Shown here piece after piece: positions 35,731 through 43,611 of a stretch of DNA of 57,439 nt; positions within the stretch are counted from its first letter, which is position 1; the number at the start of each line of letters is the position of its first letter. Location: IMG/VR virus record IMGVR_UViG_3300001349_000001, positions 1 to 57,439 of that record; one strand, given 5' to 3'. Under the pieces are notes generated by a model. That model worked only from the letters and a program-made list of their open reading frames with translations. It was not told the origin of the DNA and made no database searches. The position numbers and the translations under genes were made by a program. This DNA comes from a virus.

Positions 35731-37398
35731 TTAAGACGCTCCAACTATTGTCCATCCATTAGTTCCTGAGCTATAAACAAGATCAAATGAAGCGTTAGCG
35801 TTGTTTATTGTAAGGCCAGATGAAGAGCCCATTATAGGTTCGTTTGAAGCGGCTTGCTGAATTACATTACTAACATTTCCTCCAGAAGCTACACCTTGAT
35901 TAGCGATACTAAAAGAATCTCCGTCACTTGGATTACTAGGTAGGTCTAAGAAAACTGAACTCGGAGAAGTTAAAACATATAAAGTGTCTAATATCACACC
36001 AACGCTTCCTCCAGCTGAAACTGTCTGAGTTTGTAGTGAACCTCCAGCAGCAACCTCTATTATTTTTCCGACATTATTTACCGCTAAATTATATGCGGCT
36101 GTACCTGTTTTGCTACCTTGTCCATACTGACCTAATATCGCAGATCCGGGATCATTATTAACTCCTAACGTAAGTATGTTAGAGCCACCTCCTTGAATAT
36201 TTAAGTCAGTTGTAGTAGAATTAATAACAGAAGGATTACCTAAGGTTTGACTAGCGCTAAATCGCAGCTCGTTAGTGCTCGAATTCGCACGTAAGTTTAA
36301 AGTCGGATCACTACTAGCTTCATGAATATCTACGCTATATTGAGGAACGTTAGTTCCAAGCCCTAAATTTAAACTTGAGTCAACAACAAAATTTGCATCA
36401 CTAGTTATCTGTTTTGTTGCTGCTCCAATTGCCTGGGCATAAAATGCTAATCCTCCGCCTAGTCCATTGAAAGTTGTAGCTCCATCATTATCTATTGTTA
36501 TTTCATTAGCTGATGTTTGCGTTACTGAAATTGCAGTTCCTCCTGTTATACTAACAGTAGAGTCTGTTCCTGCAGCCGCATCTAAATTTAAAGGCACGCT
36601 AGATCCTGCTTGAGCGCCTGCGTTTAATGTGTACGTGTCACCTGAAGCATCTACATAAGATTTTGTTGCTGCATCTTGAGCACCTGTTGGATCAACTACG
36701 TTTGTGATTTTATTAGTAGCCATGCTAAGTGTTCCAGCTATTGAAATACTCGAAACGCTGTTATAAACAGTAGGAATATTTGAATAACTCCCATCTAATG
36801 CATTTCTAACAATACCAGCATTAGCTCCAGTAGCAGTTATAACCTGGTTATTTACATTAGTAACATTGATTACAACAACGCCAGGTCCTCCAACAGAGGT
36901 GCTATCTACAGTAAGTGTTCCGCCGATTGTTATATTTGTTGGATTATTTGTGGTGTCTGTAAATGTAAGTACGGTAGCCGTGCTGCTAACTAAAGTTGCT
37001 GTTACATTAAAATTAAGCGCACTTGTCTCAGAAACTATTGAATCTCCTATAGCGTTAGCTGCTGTAAATAAAGGAATATTTCCAATTGTAGGTGTCCCGC
37101 TCTCAACTACTGCTCCGGGTGCTGATATTTCTATATCATTTGTTGCCGCCGTTCCTGTTACAGTTATCGCTCCTGTACCAGAAAAGTTTATTGTACTATT
37201 TGCTGCTGTACTCCCTGGTTTAGTTCCGGTAAGAGTTAAAACAGGAGATACACCATCTGCTGTAGTCATAGCATAAGTTGTGTCTAAATTTAACGGAGGT
37301 ATTTGAACATTTAAGTCTCCGGCAACCTTATACCCCACTACCTTGTCTATAGTAGCCGCATCTGTCGCGTTTGTGAATTGTGAAAATTTTACTGCCAT
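35731..37398 (-). CDS. Tail fibre protein (555 aa)
   Basis: N-terminus MAVKFSQFTNA...D typical of fibre N-termini. Thr/Ser/Gly/Asn-rich repetitive beta sequence. The C-terminus ends ...SSGTNGWTIVGAS. Confidence 0.6.
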   Translation of the reverse strand: MAVKFSQFTNATDAATIDKVVGYKVAGDLNVQIPPLNLDTTYAMTTADGVSPVLTLTGTKPGSTAANSTINFSGTGAITVTGTAATNDIEISAPGAVVESGTPTIGNIPLFTAANAIGDSIVSETSALNFNVTATLVSSTATVLTFTDTTNNPTNITIGGTLTVDSTSVGGPGVVVINVTNVNNQVITATGANAGIVRNALDGSYSNIPTVYNSVSSISIAGTLSMATNKITNVVDPTGAQDAATKSYVDASGDTYTLNAGAQAGSSVPLNLDAAAGTDSTVSITGGTAISVTQTSANEITIDNDGATTFNGLGGGLAFYAQAIGAATKQITSDANFVVDSSLNLGLGTNVPQYSVDIHEASSDPTLNLRANSSTNELRFSASQTLGNPSVINSTTTDLNIQGGGSNILTLGVNNDPGSAILGQYGQGSKTGTAAYNLAVNNVGKIIEVAAGGSLQTQTVSAGGSVGVILDTLYVLTSPSSVFLDLPSNPSDGDSFSIANQGVASGGNVSNVIQQAASNEPIMGSSSGLTINNANASFDLVYSSGTNGWTIVGAS

Positions 37399-37422
37399 TT
37401 TATTTTCTTGTGATTTTTATTA

Positions 37423-37581
37423 TTATTGTTCTGTTATCATGTCTTCATTAGGTAATCCTGTTCCATCTTCCGTAATCATCTGCAAGCCTAATTCAGTTAC
37501 TATATCTTTAATACCGATGGGCGCAGTCCCTTCAGGTTGATTGAATCCAATAAAATTTGCTATCGCTATAAAACTAGGCAT
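37423..37581 (-). CDS. Hypothetical acidic protein (52 aa)
   Basis: Hand-translated ORF filling the gap between the 170-aa and 555-aa genes. Confidence 0.35.
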   Translation of the reverse strand: MPSFIAIANFIGFNQPEGTAPIGIKDIVTELGLQMITEDGTGLPNEDMITEQ

Positions 37582-37605
37582 ATTATATATTTATAATTAT
37601 TCCAA

Positions 37606-38118
37606 TTACCAAAGCGCAACTATGTTAGTGGCTGTAGTTCCTCCTGTAGCCCATACTTTTAAAACTTGAACAGGAAAGAATGTTCCGGTATTTACACCTA
37701 CAAATGTAAGATCATCACCACCTACAGTAGTTACCCTTAAATCTCCCCCAGCTCCTATATATAAAACAGCTCCTCCTTGAACACCCCCATAAATAGAATA
37801 TCCTGCTGGTTGAGCTGCGAATATAGCATCTTTAACTTGTAATGTAGTTCCGTTAACGACAGAAACTAACTCTGACTGAGTACCCGTACTAGTGTTGATT
37901 ATTATCATCCCTGGCTTTAAACCACTTAAAGTGAAAGATAAAGTAGCTGGATCTGATGTATCTGTTCCAGTTCTATTATTATCAATAAGAAGTAAACTCC
38001 CAGCCCCTACCGCATCAGTAGTTCCTGTAGGCCCTGACGTGCTAATGTCAGGTATATTTGTATTGTCACTAGGGTAAACTGACCATGCTCTGCCAGCTTG
38101 TAATTTTTGGTATGCCAT
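37606..38118 (-). CDS. Structural hypothetical protein (170 aa)
   Basis: Gly/Thr-rich beta-type protein between the mini-gene array and the fibre genes. Confidence 0.5.
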   Translation of the reverse strand: MAYQKLQAGRAWSVYPSDNTNIPDISTSGPTGTTDAVGAGSLLLIDNNRTGTDTSDPATLSFTLSGLKPGMIIINTSTGTQSELVSVVNGTTLQVKDAIFAAQPAGYSIYGGVQGGAVLYIGAGGDLRVTTVGGDDLTFVGVNTGTFFPVQVLKVWATGGTTATNIVALW

Positions 38119-38124
38119 AATTAT

Positions 38125-38271
38125 TTATTTTTTATAAGGAAACATTCTATTTAAAGTGTCACGTCTATCGTCACATCCGCAGCCTCCAGGAAGAACAGTC
38201 TTCACGACCTTATCTATTTTAGTGGCCCTAGTAAACTTAGCTACAGTATCCCCAAATCCTTTTGACTTCAT
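38125..38271 (-). CDS. Mini-protein (48 aa, MKSKGFGDTVAKFTRATKIDKVVKTVLPGGCGCDDRRDTLNRMFPYKK)
   Basis: Hand-translated. ATGA overlap with the upstream ORF. The GFGDT..K.T...I......CGC..R...LN..FPY pattern is one I recall from marine phage genomes (unverified). Confidence 0.55.
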   Translation of the reverse strand: MKSKGFGDTVAKFTRATKIDKVVKTVLPGGCGCDDRRDTLNRMFPYKK

Positions 38272-38366
38272 TTTTTACATTTACATTTGCCGTCTTCGCA
38301 CTCAGATAAAGAAAAAGTTAAGAATAAAATAATTTTATTCCACGTACATTTAATGTTTTTAATCAT
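38268..38366 (-). CDS. Mini-protein (32 aa, hydrophobic centre, CEDGKCKC tail)
   Basis: ATGA overlaps at both ends. Very short, so uncertain. Confidence 0.3.
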   Translation of the reverse strand: MIKNIKCTWNKIILFLTFSLSECEDGKCKCKK

Positions 38367-38527
38367 TTAGACTTATTTATTTTTCGCATTGTTTTAGCAA
38401 AATTATATTTCTTTGATCCTACCGGGCAACTTTTACTTCCGTATTTTTTCCCAGTACAATCTCCTAGAGTGCCTCTTTTTTTAGCTCCTTGAAAAACTTT
38501 TTGAATAAAATTTTTATCTTTAGCCAT
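38363..38527 (-). CDS. Basic mini-protein (54 aa)
   Basis: Hand-translated: MAKDKNFIQKVFQGAKKRGTLGDCTGKKYGSKSCPVGSKKYNFAKTMRKINKSK. Lys-rich, two Cys. Confidence 0.45.
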   Translation of the reverse strand: MAKDKNFIQKVFQGAKKRGTLGDCTGKKYGSKSCPVGSKKYNFAKTMRKINKSK

Positions 38528-38530
38528 CTC

Positions 38531-38686
38531 CTAGCTCATATTTTTATCACTAGAGTAAGGATGCTCCCCAAAGTATTTCATCATACCTTTAGACTCATCT
38601 CTTCTAGCCTTATAGCTTTGAGACTTTTTTCCGTGCTTCGCTCCTAAAGAATCGTCTAAACGAGCATTGTAACCTTGCTTTTTCAT
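38531..38686 (-). CDS. Mini-protein (51 aa, MKKQGYNARLDDSLGAKHGKKSQSYKARRDESKGM...)
   Basis: Hand-translated. The GYNxRLDESLG...S...RRDES.G motif is a recurrent small phage/virus ORF in my recollection (unverified). Confidence 0.55.
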   Translation of the reverse strand: MKKQGYNARLDDSLGAKHGKKSQSYKARRDESKGMMKYFGEHPYSSDKNMS

Positions 38687-38716
38687 CTTTGTGTCTTTTT
38701 GTTGACTACAAAGATA

Positions 38717-39007
38717 CTAATATTTTCCTTTAATATTTTTAGGAGATGATTTGGTTGAACCTCCTTTTCCGGCCCATAATTTTTTACAAGACCAATACCT
38801 AGCGGTAAGTTTTGAAGTTGCCGTTGAACACTTATGTCTAGCCCGAAAAGATTTACGAGCAGCAGCAGAATAATTATGGCCGTAGCCTTTTGCCCCAAAA
38901 TGTATAAGTTTTTCTTTTCCTCCCGAACAAGCTTTAACCATTTTCTTTTTTCCAGCTCTGTCGCTTTTAGTAACAACATTACATTTCATTTTACTTTTAT
39001 CGGCCAT
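38717..39007 (-). CDS. Basic Cys-containing protein (96 aa)
   Basis: About a quarter Lys/Arg, with motifs ACSGGKEKLIHFGAKGYGHNYS..ARKSFRARHKC and YWSCKKLW. TAATG overlap with the upstream gene. Confidence 0.6.
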   Translation of the reverse strand: MADKSKMKCNVVTKSDRAGKKKMVKACSGGKEKLIHFGAKGYGHNYSAAARKSFRARHKCSTATSKLTARYWSCKKLWAGKGGSTKSSPKNIKGKY

Positions 39008-39474
39008 TATGTTGATTTTGCTTGAATCACTATCCAGTTTGATCCGTCAGACCAAACAGCAACCCCATTATATGGTTTGTTTATTTCATAAGTTGCAGCC
39101 CCATCAATTGTTTCGCCAATAGGAGCGGCAATATCAACTTTATCTGAAGCTACTACTGTAGAATCATTTACTATTCTTAAAAAACGATAGGGTATCTCTG
39201 CCGCTGAAGGTAAAGTTAATGTATGAGTTCCTGAGCTTCCTACCCAATTAAGGTCTATAATATTCTTTTTAGTTGTTATAGTAGAAGCTCCACCTGGAGT
39301 TACTGTCATAAACTCAGGCTCTAAAGTAGCTGTTGTTCCTGTGTATGTATAAGAAGCTATATCATCTATAGTATACGCCTCTCTTAATGTGTCTACAAGA
39401 GCAGACCCTTTATCTACAGTGTCTACTACAGGTGCTACTCCATGAAATTTTGTTCCAGTCGGTATTGCGCTCAT
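39007..39474 (-). CDS. Beta-rich protein with a fibre-type C-terminal module (155 aa)
   Basis: The only non-basic, larger ORF inside the mini-gene array. Its C-terminus ...GETIDGAATYEINKPYNGVAVWSDGSNWIVI resembles the C-terminus of the 555-aa fibre. Confidence 0.55.
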   Translation of the reverse strand: MSAIPTGTKFHGVAPVVDTVDKGSALVDTLREAYTIDDIASYTYTGTTATLEPEFMTVTPGGASTITTKKNIIDLNWVGSSGTHTLTLPSAAEIPYRFLRIVNDSTVVASDKVDIAAPIGETIDGAATYEINKPYNGVAVWSDGSNWIVIQAKST

Positions 39475-39704
39475 GCGTTTCTTACAGTTGAAGTGTTTTT
39501 TATAAATTGAGTTTTACCCCCAGAAGCTTTTTTCTTTCTAGCTGTTGCTGCTAACGCTTTTTTACTAAGACGTTTTGCCTTCGCTAAAGGAAGGCATCTG
39601 TCGGGATTTTTTTTGTTTTTACTTGTACCACAAGCACCCTTAATCTTTCCGTCAGTTCCTATACGAACCCACTTCTGATCACGCCATTTTTTTAGCTCTC
39701 CCAT
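39471..39704 (-). CDS. Basic Cys-containing protein (77 aa, KWRDQKWVRIGTDGKIKGACG...RCLP)
   Basis: Lys/Arg-rich. ATGA overlap with the downstream 155-aa gene. Confidence 0.6.
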   Translation of the reverse strand: MGELKKWRDQKWVRIGTDGKIKGACGTSKNKKNPDRCLPLAKAKRLSKKALAATARKKKASGGKTQFIKNTSTVRNA

Positions 39705-39801
39705 TCTTCTTTTTTAAAGCTTTAAAATCTGCTCCAGTAATTTTATTTAAAGGGTATGCAACTTTAGCAATCTTTCTTTGTGCTTTACTTAATTTACTCA
39801 T
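39679..39801 (-). CDS. Basic mini-protein (40 aa)
   Basis: Hand-translated: MSKLSKAQRKIAKVAYPLNKITGADFKALKKKNGRAKKMA. ATGA coupling upstream, but a 26-nt overlap downstream makes it uncertain. Confidence 0.3.
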   Translation of the reverse strand: MSKLSKAQRKIAKVAYPLNKITGADFKALKKKNGRAKKMA

Positions 39802-39953
39802 TTCTTACTTTTTTTAGCGTAGTTGGGGTCTTTGCAATATTTGCTTGCAGCCATATTCGCATAAGCTGATGGGTACTTATCAAAAGTACGTTTAGCCCAA
39901 GCAATACCTGATGGGCAAATTTTATTGCTTTTCTTTTTTGATCTCTTTGCCAT
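39798..39953 (-). CDS. Basic mini-protein (51 aa, ...CPSGIAWAKRTFDKYPSAYANMAASKYCKDP...)
   Basis: Hand-translated. The YPSAYAN motif is familiar from small phage/giant-virus ORFs (recollection). TAATG and ATGA couplings at its ends. Confidence 0.55.
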   Translation of the reverse strand: MAKRSKKKSNKICPSGIAWAKRTFDKYPSAYANMAASKYCKDPNYAKKSKK

Positions 39954-40123
39954 TAATAGCTAGACTTCATTTTCTTTTCCATTCCATACCCAGGGTTGTT
40001 TTTAACTGAACCCTGCATAGTGCTTGCAAATTCTTGAGCTTGAGCTTTTCCTACTGCATTATAAGGAAATGTTTTTGATTTTATCGTTCCGCTATTTGGG
40101 CATTTGTATTTTACTGTTGGCAT
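39953..40123 (-). CDS. Mini-protein (56 aa)
   Basis: Hand-translated: MPTVKYKCPNSGTIKSKTFPYNAVGKAQAQEFASTMQGSVKNNPGYGMEKKMKSSY. Confidence 0.4.
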   Translation of the reverse strand: MPTVKYKCPNSGTIKSKTFPYNAVGKAQAQEFASTMQGSVKNNPGYGMEKKMKSSY

Positions 40124-40126
40124 AAT

Positions 40127-40327
40127 TTAAGCTTTTATTTTAGGTTTCTTGCTTAGGAATATAGTTCCAAATTCACCGTCACTACTTATAGTTCTCTTAG
40201 GTGAATTCGATTTTATTTTATCTATAGATTTATTTTTAAATGCTATATTGTCATATTCTTTTTTAGTCAAGGTGTCTTGATTTCCGTAATTAAGATGTCC
40301 TACTGGATATTTTTTTTGTTTTGCCAT
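40127..40327 (-). CDS. Basic hypothetical protein (66 aa)
   Basis: Track ORF, Lys-rich, second gene of the array. Confidence 0.5.
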   Translation of the reverse strand: MAKQKKYPVGHLNYGNQDTLTKKEYDNIAFKNKSIDKIKSNSPKRTISSDGEFGTIFLSKKPKIKA

Positions 40328-40334
40328 TTTATTT

Positions 40335-40508
40335 TTAATAAGTTATACTTGTATTCCAATGATTAGTGTTCTTATAATATCGAACATTGCTTTTTTCTTT
40401 TTCAAAGTATTCAATCAATTGAGCTAGATTCATATTTAACTCAGTGATTTGTTTTTTTAACTCTTGACTAGATAATTCATTTGACGGGTTCTGTGCAGTT
40501 CCTTTCAT
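40335..40508 (-). CDS. Hypothetical protein (57 aa), first gene of the mini-gene array
   Basis: Hand-translated ORF preceded by a -7 box, divergent from the plus-strand regulator gene. Confidence 0.4.
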   Translation of the reverse strand: MKGTAQNPSNELSSQELKKQITELNMNLAQLIEYFEKEKSNVRYYKNTNHWNTSITY

Positions 40509-40525
40509 AATTTGTATCTTTACAG

Positions 40526-40533
40526 CAAAGGTA
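40526..40533 (-). promoter_or_regulatory. Bacteroidota-type -7 box (TACCTTTG on the minus strand)
   Basis: Matches TAnnTTTG, 17 nt upstream of the ATG at 40508, in a 44-nt divergent intergenic region. Confidence 0.4.
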
Positions 40534-40552
40534 ATGAATAAAATTTAATCAA

Positions 40553-41041
40553 ATGAATAGGCAGACAGAGGAAAGGGCTTTGGCTAGGCCAATGATAACC
40601 AATTATTTAAAATACTGGAGAGTTATTAAGTTTTGGGTTCAAGAGAAATACAAACTAACAAGTGGAGAGTTAGATATGCTTTTATTTTTACATGATGAAG
40701 AAATATTCGGGCATGAAAAATATAATGAATTTAATGAGCTTCTAAGTTGGAATAAAGGCAGACTAAAAAAACTTATAGACGAAGAATGGATAGAACCTTG
40801 GAGACAGGGAAACGGAAAGAGAGGAAGTAAGGCCCTTTACGAAGTATCCTACAAAACAAAACGAGTCGTTAATTCTATCTATAAAAAATTAAGCGGAGAA
40901 GAAATACCTGAATCGCTAATGAATAACCCTATTTTCTACAAGAACGTGAGTTTTAAAAGTAAGGTGTATAAAAATTTTATTATTCAAATGAATAAGGATC
41001 TTAGAAAAATGAGAGCTAGCAAAAGAAATAATAAATCATAA
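40553..41041 (+). CDS. Winged-helix (MarR-like) DNA-binding protein (162 aa)
   Basis: The pattern LTSGELDMLLFL...W.KGRLKKLIDEEWIE...YEVS fits a wHTH recognition helix plus wing. It is the only plus-strand gene inside the minus arm. Confidence 0.45.
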   Translation: MNRQTEERALARPMITNYLKYWRVIKFWVQEKYKLTSGELDMLLFLHDEEIFGHEKYNEFNELLSWNKGRLKKLIDEEWIEPWRQGNGKRGSKALYEVSYKTKRVVNSIYKKLSGEEIPESLMNNPIFYKNVSFKSKVYKNFIIQMNKDLRKMRASKRNNKS

Positions 41042-41293
41042 TACCACTACAATATCATTCTCTGATATGATGGTATATGCTGTTCCGTCAATCAGCATAG
41101 TATAACCAGATCTTTTGTCGTAATATATAGAGTCGTTTTCTTTTATAACGCTTACATCAGTCCCTGGCTTTACAACCAATCCTTTTTTATACCTCAGATT
41201 ACTAGCATCATCCGCACTAAGTAATAGTCCGCTTTCAGTAACTATCTCTTCCTCTATACTCTTAATGACTATATTTTTTCCTATTGGCTTCAT
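41036..41293 (-). CDS. groES: Co-chaperonin GroES (Cpn10), 85 aa
   Basis: Aligns by eye with Cpn10: KPIGKNIVIK..EEE.VTESGLLL (mobile loop)...KKGLVVKPG...ISENDIVVV. Confidence 0.8.
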   Translation of the reverse strand: MKPIGKNIVIKSIEEEIVTESGLLLSADDASNLRYKKGLVVKPGTDVSVIKENDSIYYDKRSGYTMLIDGTAYTIISENDIVVVL

Positions 41294-41303
41294 AAATTAA
41301 ATT

Positions 41304-41651
41304 TTATTTTTTTCCACATACCTGACAATCAGATAGATAGCTAGAGTGCAATCTACCGCATGAAAGACAATTCCAACTACCCTTGGAATTTAAAGGTTTT
41401 CTAACAGATAATATTTCAGGATTTACTTTTATATCGTTAATGCTTTCATTGTCTGAATACCCTGAAGAATTAATTTGCTTAAGTTTTTCTATGTAAAGAG
41501 AAGCATCGAATAGCTCCTCCTGTAAATGATTTAAAAATACATAAAAGCCATCGGGGCTATCAAATAAAGTAGTGTTATATTTACCTATTCCTAGCTTACT
41601 TCTAGAGTCTAATTTTTTTTTAACTAACTCGACTATTTGATCTTTTTTCAT
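41304..41651 (-). CDS. MazG-like helical domain fused to a RanBP2-type-spaced zinc ribbon (115 aa)
   Basis: Start placed at the ATG in an ATGA overlap with the upstream gene. Motifs are G.GKY...L.EEL.D...Y and C-terminal W-x-C-x2-C-x3-H-x6-C-x2-C. Confidence 0.4.
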   Translation of the reverse strand: MKKDQIVELVKKKLDSRSKLGIGKYNTTLFDSPDGFYVFLNHLQEELFDASLYIEKLKQINSSGYSDNESINDIKVNPEILSVRKPLNSKGSWNCLSCGRLHSSYLSDCQVCGKK

Positions 41652-41902
41652 AAGTATAAATATACTAAATAACCAAACACAACGTTTAAATTTACTATAA
41701 CAATATTCCATTGTTTTGCTAAATAGCACTGAGGTATTGACAATAATCCACCTATTACATAAGTTATTGCTCCTATAGGATCCGGAAGTAAATAAGGTGA
41801 TATCATTATAAATACAGCGCCAGAATAAGCAATTCTATTAGCCATCCTCTCCAAAGGCGTAAGCCTTCGATTTTTTACTAAGCTTTTAAGGAACTTCTTC
41901 AA
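41648..41902 (-). CDS. Small membrane protein (84 aa)
   Basis: Three hydrophobic helices. Lies between groEL and the 115-aa gene. Confidence 0.5.
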   Translation of the reverse strand: MKKFLKSLVKNRRLTPLERMANRIAYSGAVFIMISPYLLPDPIGAITYVIGGLLSIPQCYLAKQWNIVIVNLNVVFGYLVYLYL

Positions 41903-41978
41903 GGTATTTTTTTAAATACATATTTTAAAAATTCCCATACAACAATTACAGTTATTATCTCTTGTGTTCCCATAATAT

Positions 41979-43589
41979 TTATTTTGCTTCAAAAGTTCTT
42001 GCCATAGTTACAATAGCATTAGTAGAAAGTATAGTTGTAGCTACCGAAACTGCATTCTGTAAAGCTGAGCTCGTTACTTTCATAGGATCAATAACACCCA
42101 TCTTTATCATATCTCCAAACTGACCTGTTTTAATATTTTGACCATGACCGGAGTGTAGATCTTTAAACTCTTCAAAGTTGAGGTCTCGTCCTGCATTTTC
42201 GTGTATTTGTTTGATGGGAGTAACAAGAGCTTCTCTTAATATATTTAAAGCTGTCTTTTGAGAATCGCTACTATACTTGTTAGGGTCTAAAGCTAAAGCG
42301 GCATTGGCTAAAGCAACTCCACCACCTGGTAAAATCCCCTGCTCCAAAGCAGATCGGACTGCACAAACAGAATCGTCAACTCTATCATATAATTCCTTTT
42401 GCTCAAGATCAGTTTGACCACCAACACTTATAGTTCCTATTCCTCCAGCAAGTGAAGCTATTCGAGAAAGAATAAACTCACCATCTTCTTTTGTCTTTGC
42501 TATCTTATGAGAATCTTTTAGTTGAGATATCCTGTCGTTTATATCAGAATCATTAACGTGATCGCTATCTCTGATTATTAATGTAGAATCTCTACCTATA
42601 ATAACTTTTGAAGCTTTACCCAAATCACTCATTTCAATTATACTAAGATCATCTCCGGTAGAAGCAGAAAAATAATTTGCGCCTACACTTAAAGCTATAT
42701 CATTTAGAAGCTCTTCCTTTTTCCAGCCAAACTGTGGAGGGACTATTTGACATAGTTGAAGATCGTTCTTCTGAACATTAGCCGCAAGTGTGTTTACTAC
42801 ATTAGTAGAACATGGCGCAATTATTAATAGTTTTTTCTTCTCTGCGATGATAGGCCTAAGTACTGTCTCTATATCTAATATATTATTTATATCAGAATCT
42901 GATACTAATATATAACAGTCCTCCAACACACACTCATCTTTTTTATGGTCGTTAATAAATAACGGAGAACCTAATCCTCGGTCGACCTTAATTCCATTTG
43001 TGGTTTCAAATGTAGTCTCAGAGCTCTGAGATTTCTCTACAGTAACAACCCCATTATTTCCAACACTCTTATATGTGTCTGATATTATCTTCCCCACTTC
43101 CTTGTCATTGTTAGCAGAAATAGTAGCAACATCCAGTAGCCTTTTATTTGTTAAAGGCCGAGATTGCGTCCTTAATATTTTTATTATATCATTAGATATA
43201 TTAGACATCTCCCTTAGAACTTCCGTTCTGTTCTGATCATCGCCTATGTGACTAAACCCATAATAAGAAAGAGCCTCAGCCAATACAATAGCAGTTGTAG
43301 TTCCATCACCAGCACTACTCGCAGTATTGTTAGCAGCCTGACGCATCATCTGTACCGCAAGATTTTCAACAGGGTCTAGTAAATTTATACTCCTAGAAAC
43401 TGTAACTCCATCCTTAGTGACAGTAAGTCCATTAGTATGTTCTGGAGATTCTATAAGAACAGTCTGACCCATCGGACCTAAAGTGCTCTTGACAGCATTT
43501 GCCATCTTAGTTATTCCATTAAGTAATTTCTTTTGTGCCTTGTCCGCGAAGTGCAGATCTTTTGGTGAGTATCCTCCAGATTGATTCAT
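41979..43589 (-). CDS. groEL: Chaperonin GroEL (Cpn60), 536 aa, lacking the Gly-Met C-terminal tail
   Basis: Clear full-length similarity to GroEL: TLGP.G..V, VTKDGVTV, AGDGTTTA, LPGGGVAL. Confidence 0.95.
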   Translation of the reverse strand: MNQSGGYSPKDLHFADKAQKKLLNGITKMANAVKSTLGPMGQTVLIESPEHTNGLTVTKDGVTVSRSINLLDPVENLAVQMMRQAANNTASSAGDGTTTAIVLAEALSYYGFSHIGDDQNRTEVLREMSNISNDIIKILRTQSRPLTNKRLLDVATISANNDKEVGKIISDTYKSVGNNGVVTVEKSQSSETTFETTNGIKVDRGLGSPLFINDHKKDECVLEDCYILVSDSDINNILDIETVLRPIIAEKKKLLIIAPCSTNVVNTLAANVQKNDLQLCQIVPPQFGWKKEELLNDIALSVGANYFSASTGDDLSIIEMSDLGKASKVIIGRDSTLIIRDSDHVNDSDINDRISQLKDSHKIAKTKEDGEFILSRIASLAGGIGTISVGGQTDLEQKELYDRVDDSVCAVRSALEQGILPGGGVALANAALALDPNKYSSDSQKTALNILREALVTPIKQIHENAGRDLNFEEFKDLHSGHGQNIKTGQFGDMIKMGVIDPMKVTSSALQNAVSVATTILSTNAIVTMARTFEAK

Positions 43590-43611
43590 TTTAAATTAAA
43601 TTTGATTACAA

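Noticed and set aside
38683-38979. A 98-aa minus-strand ORF overlapping the 96-aa basic protein gene almost completely, in another frame. Its stop forms an ATGA with the next gene.
   Set aside because: The 96-aa frame has the conserved-looking basic/Cys motifs and a TAATG coupling upstream. The 98-aa translation is hydrophobic and low-complexity. The ATGA could be coincidental. It could be revisited with ribosome profiling as a possible overlapping gene.
41652-41729. N-terminal extension of the 141-aa track ORF
   Set aside because: The extension overlaps the upstream membrane-protein gene. The internal ATG at 41651 forms an ATGA coupling with that gene's stop.
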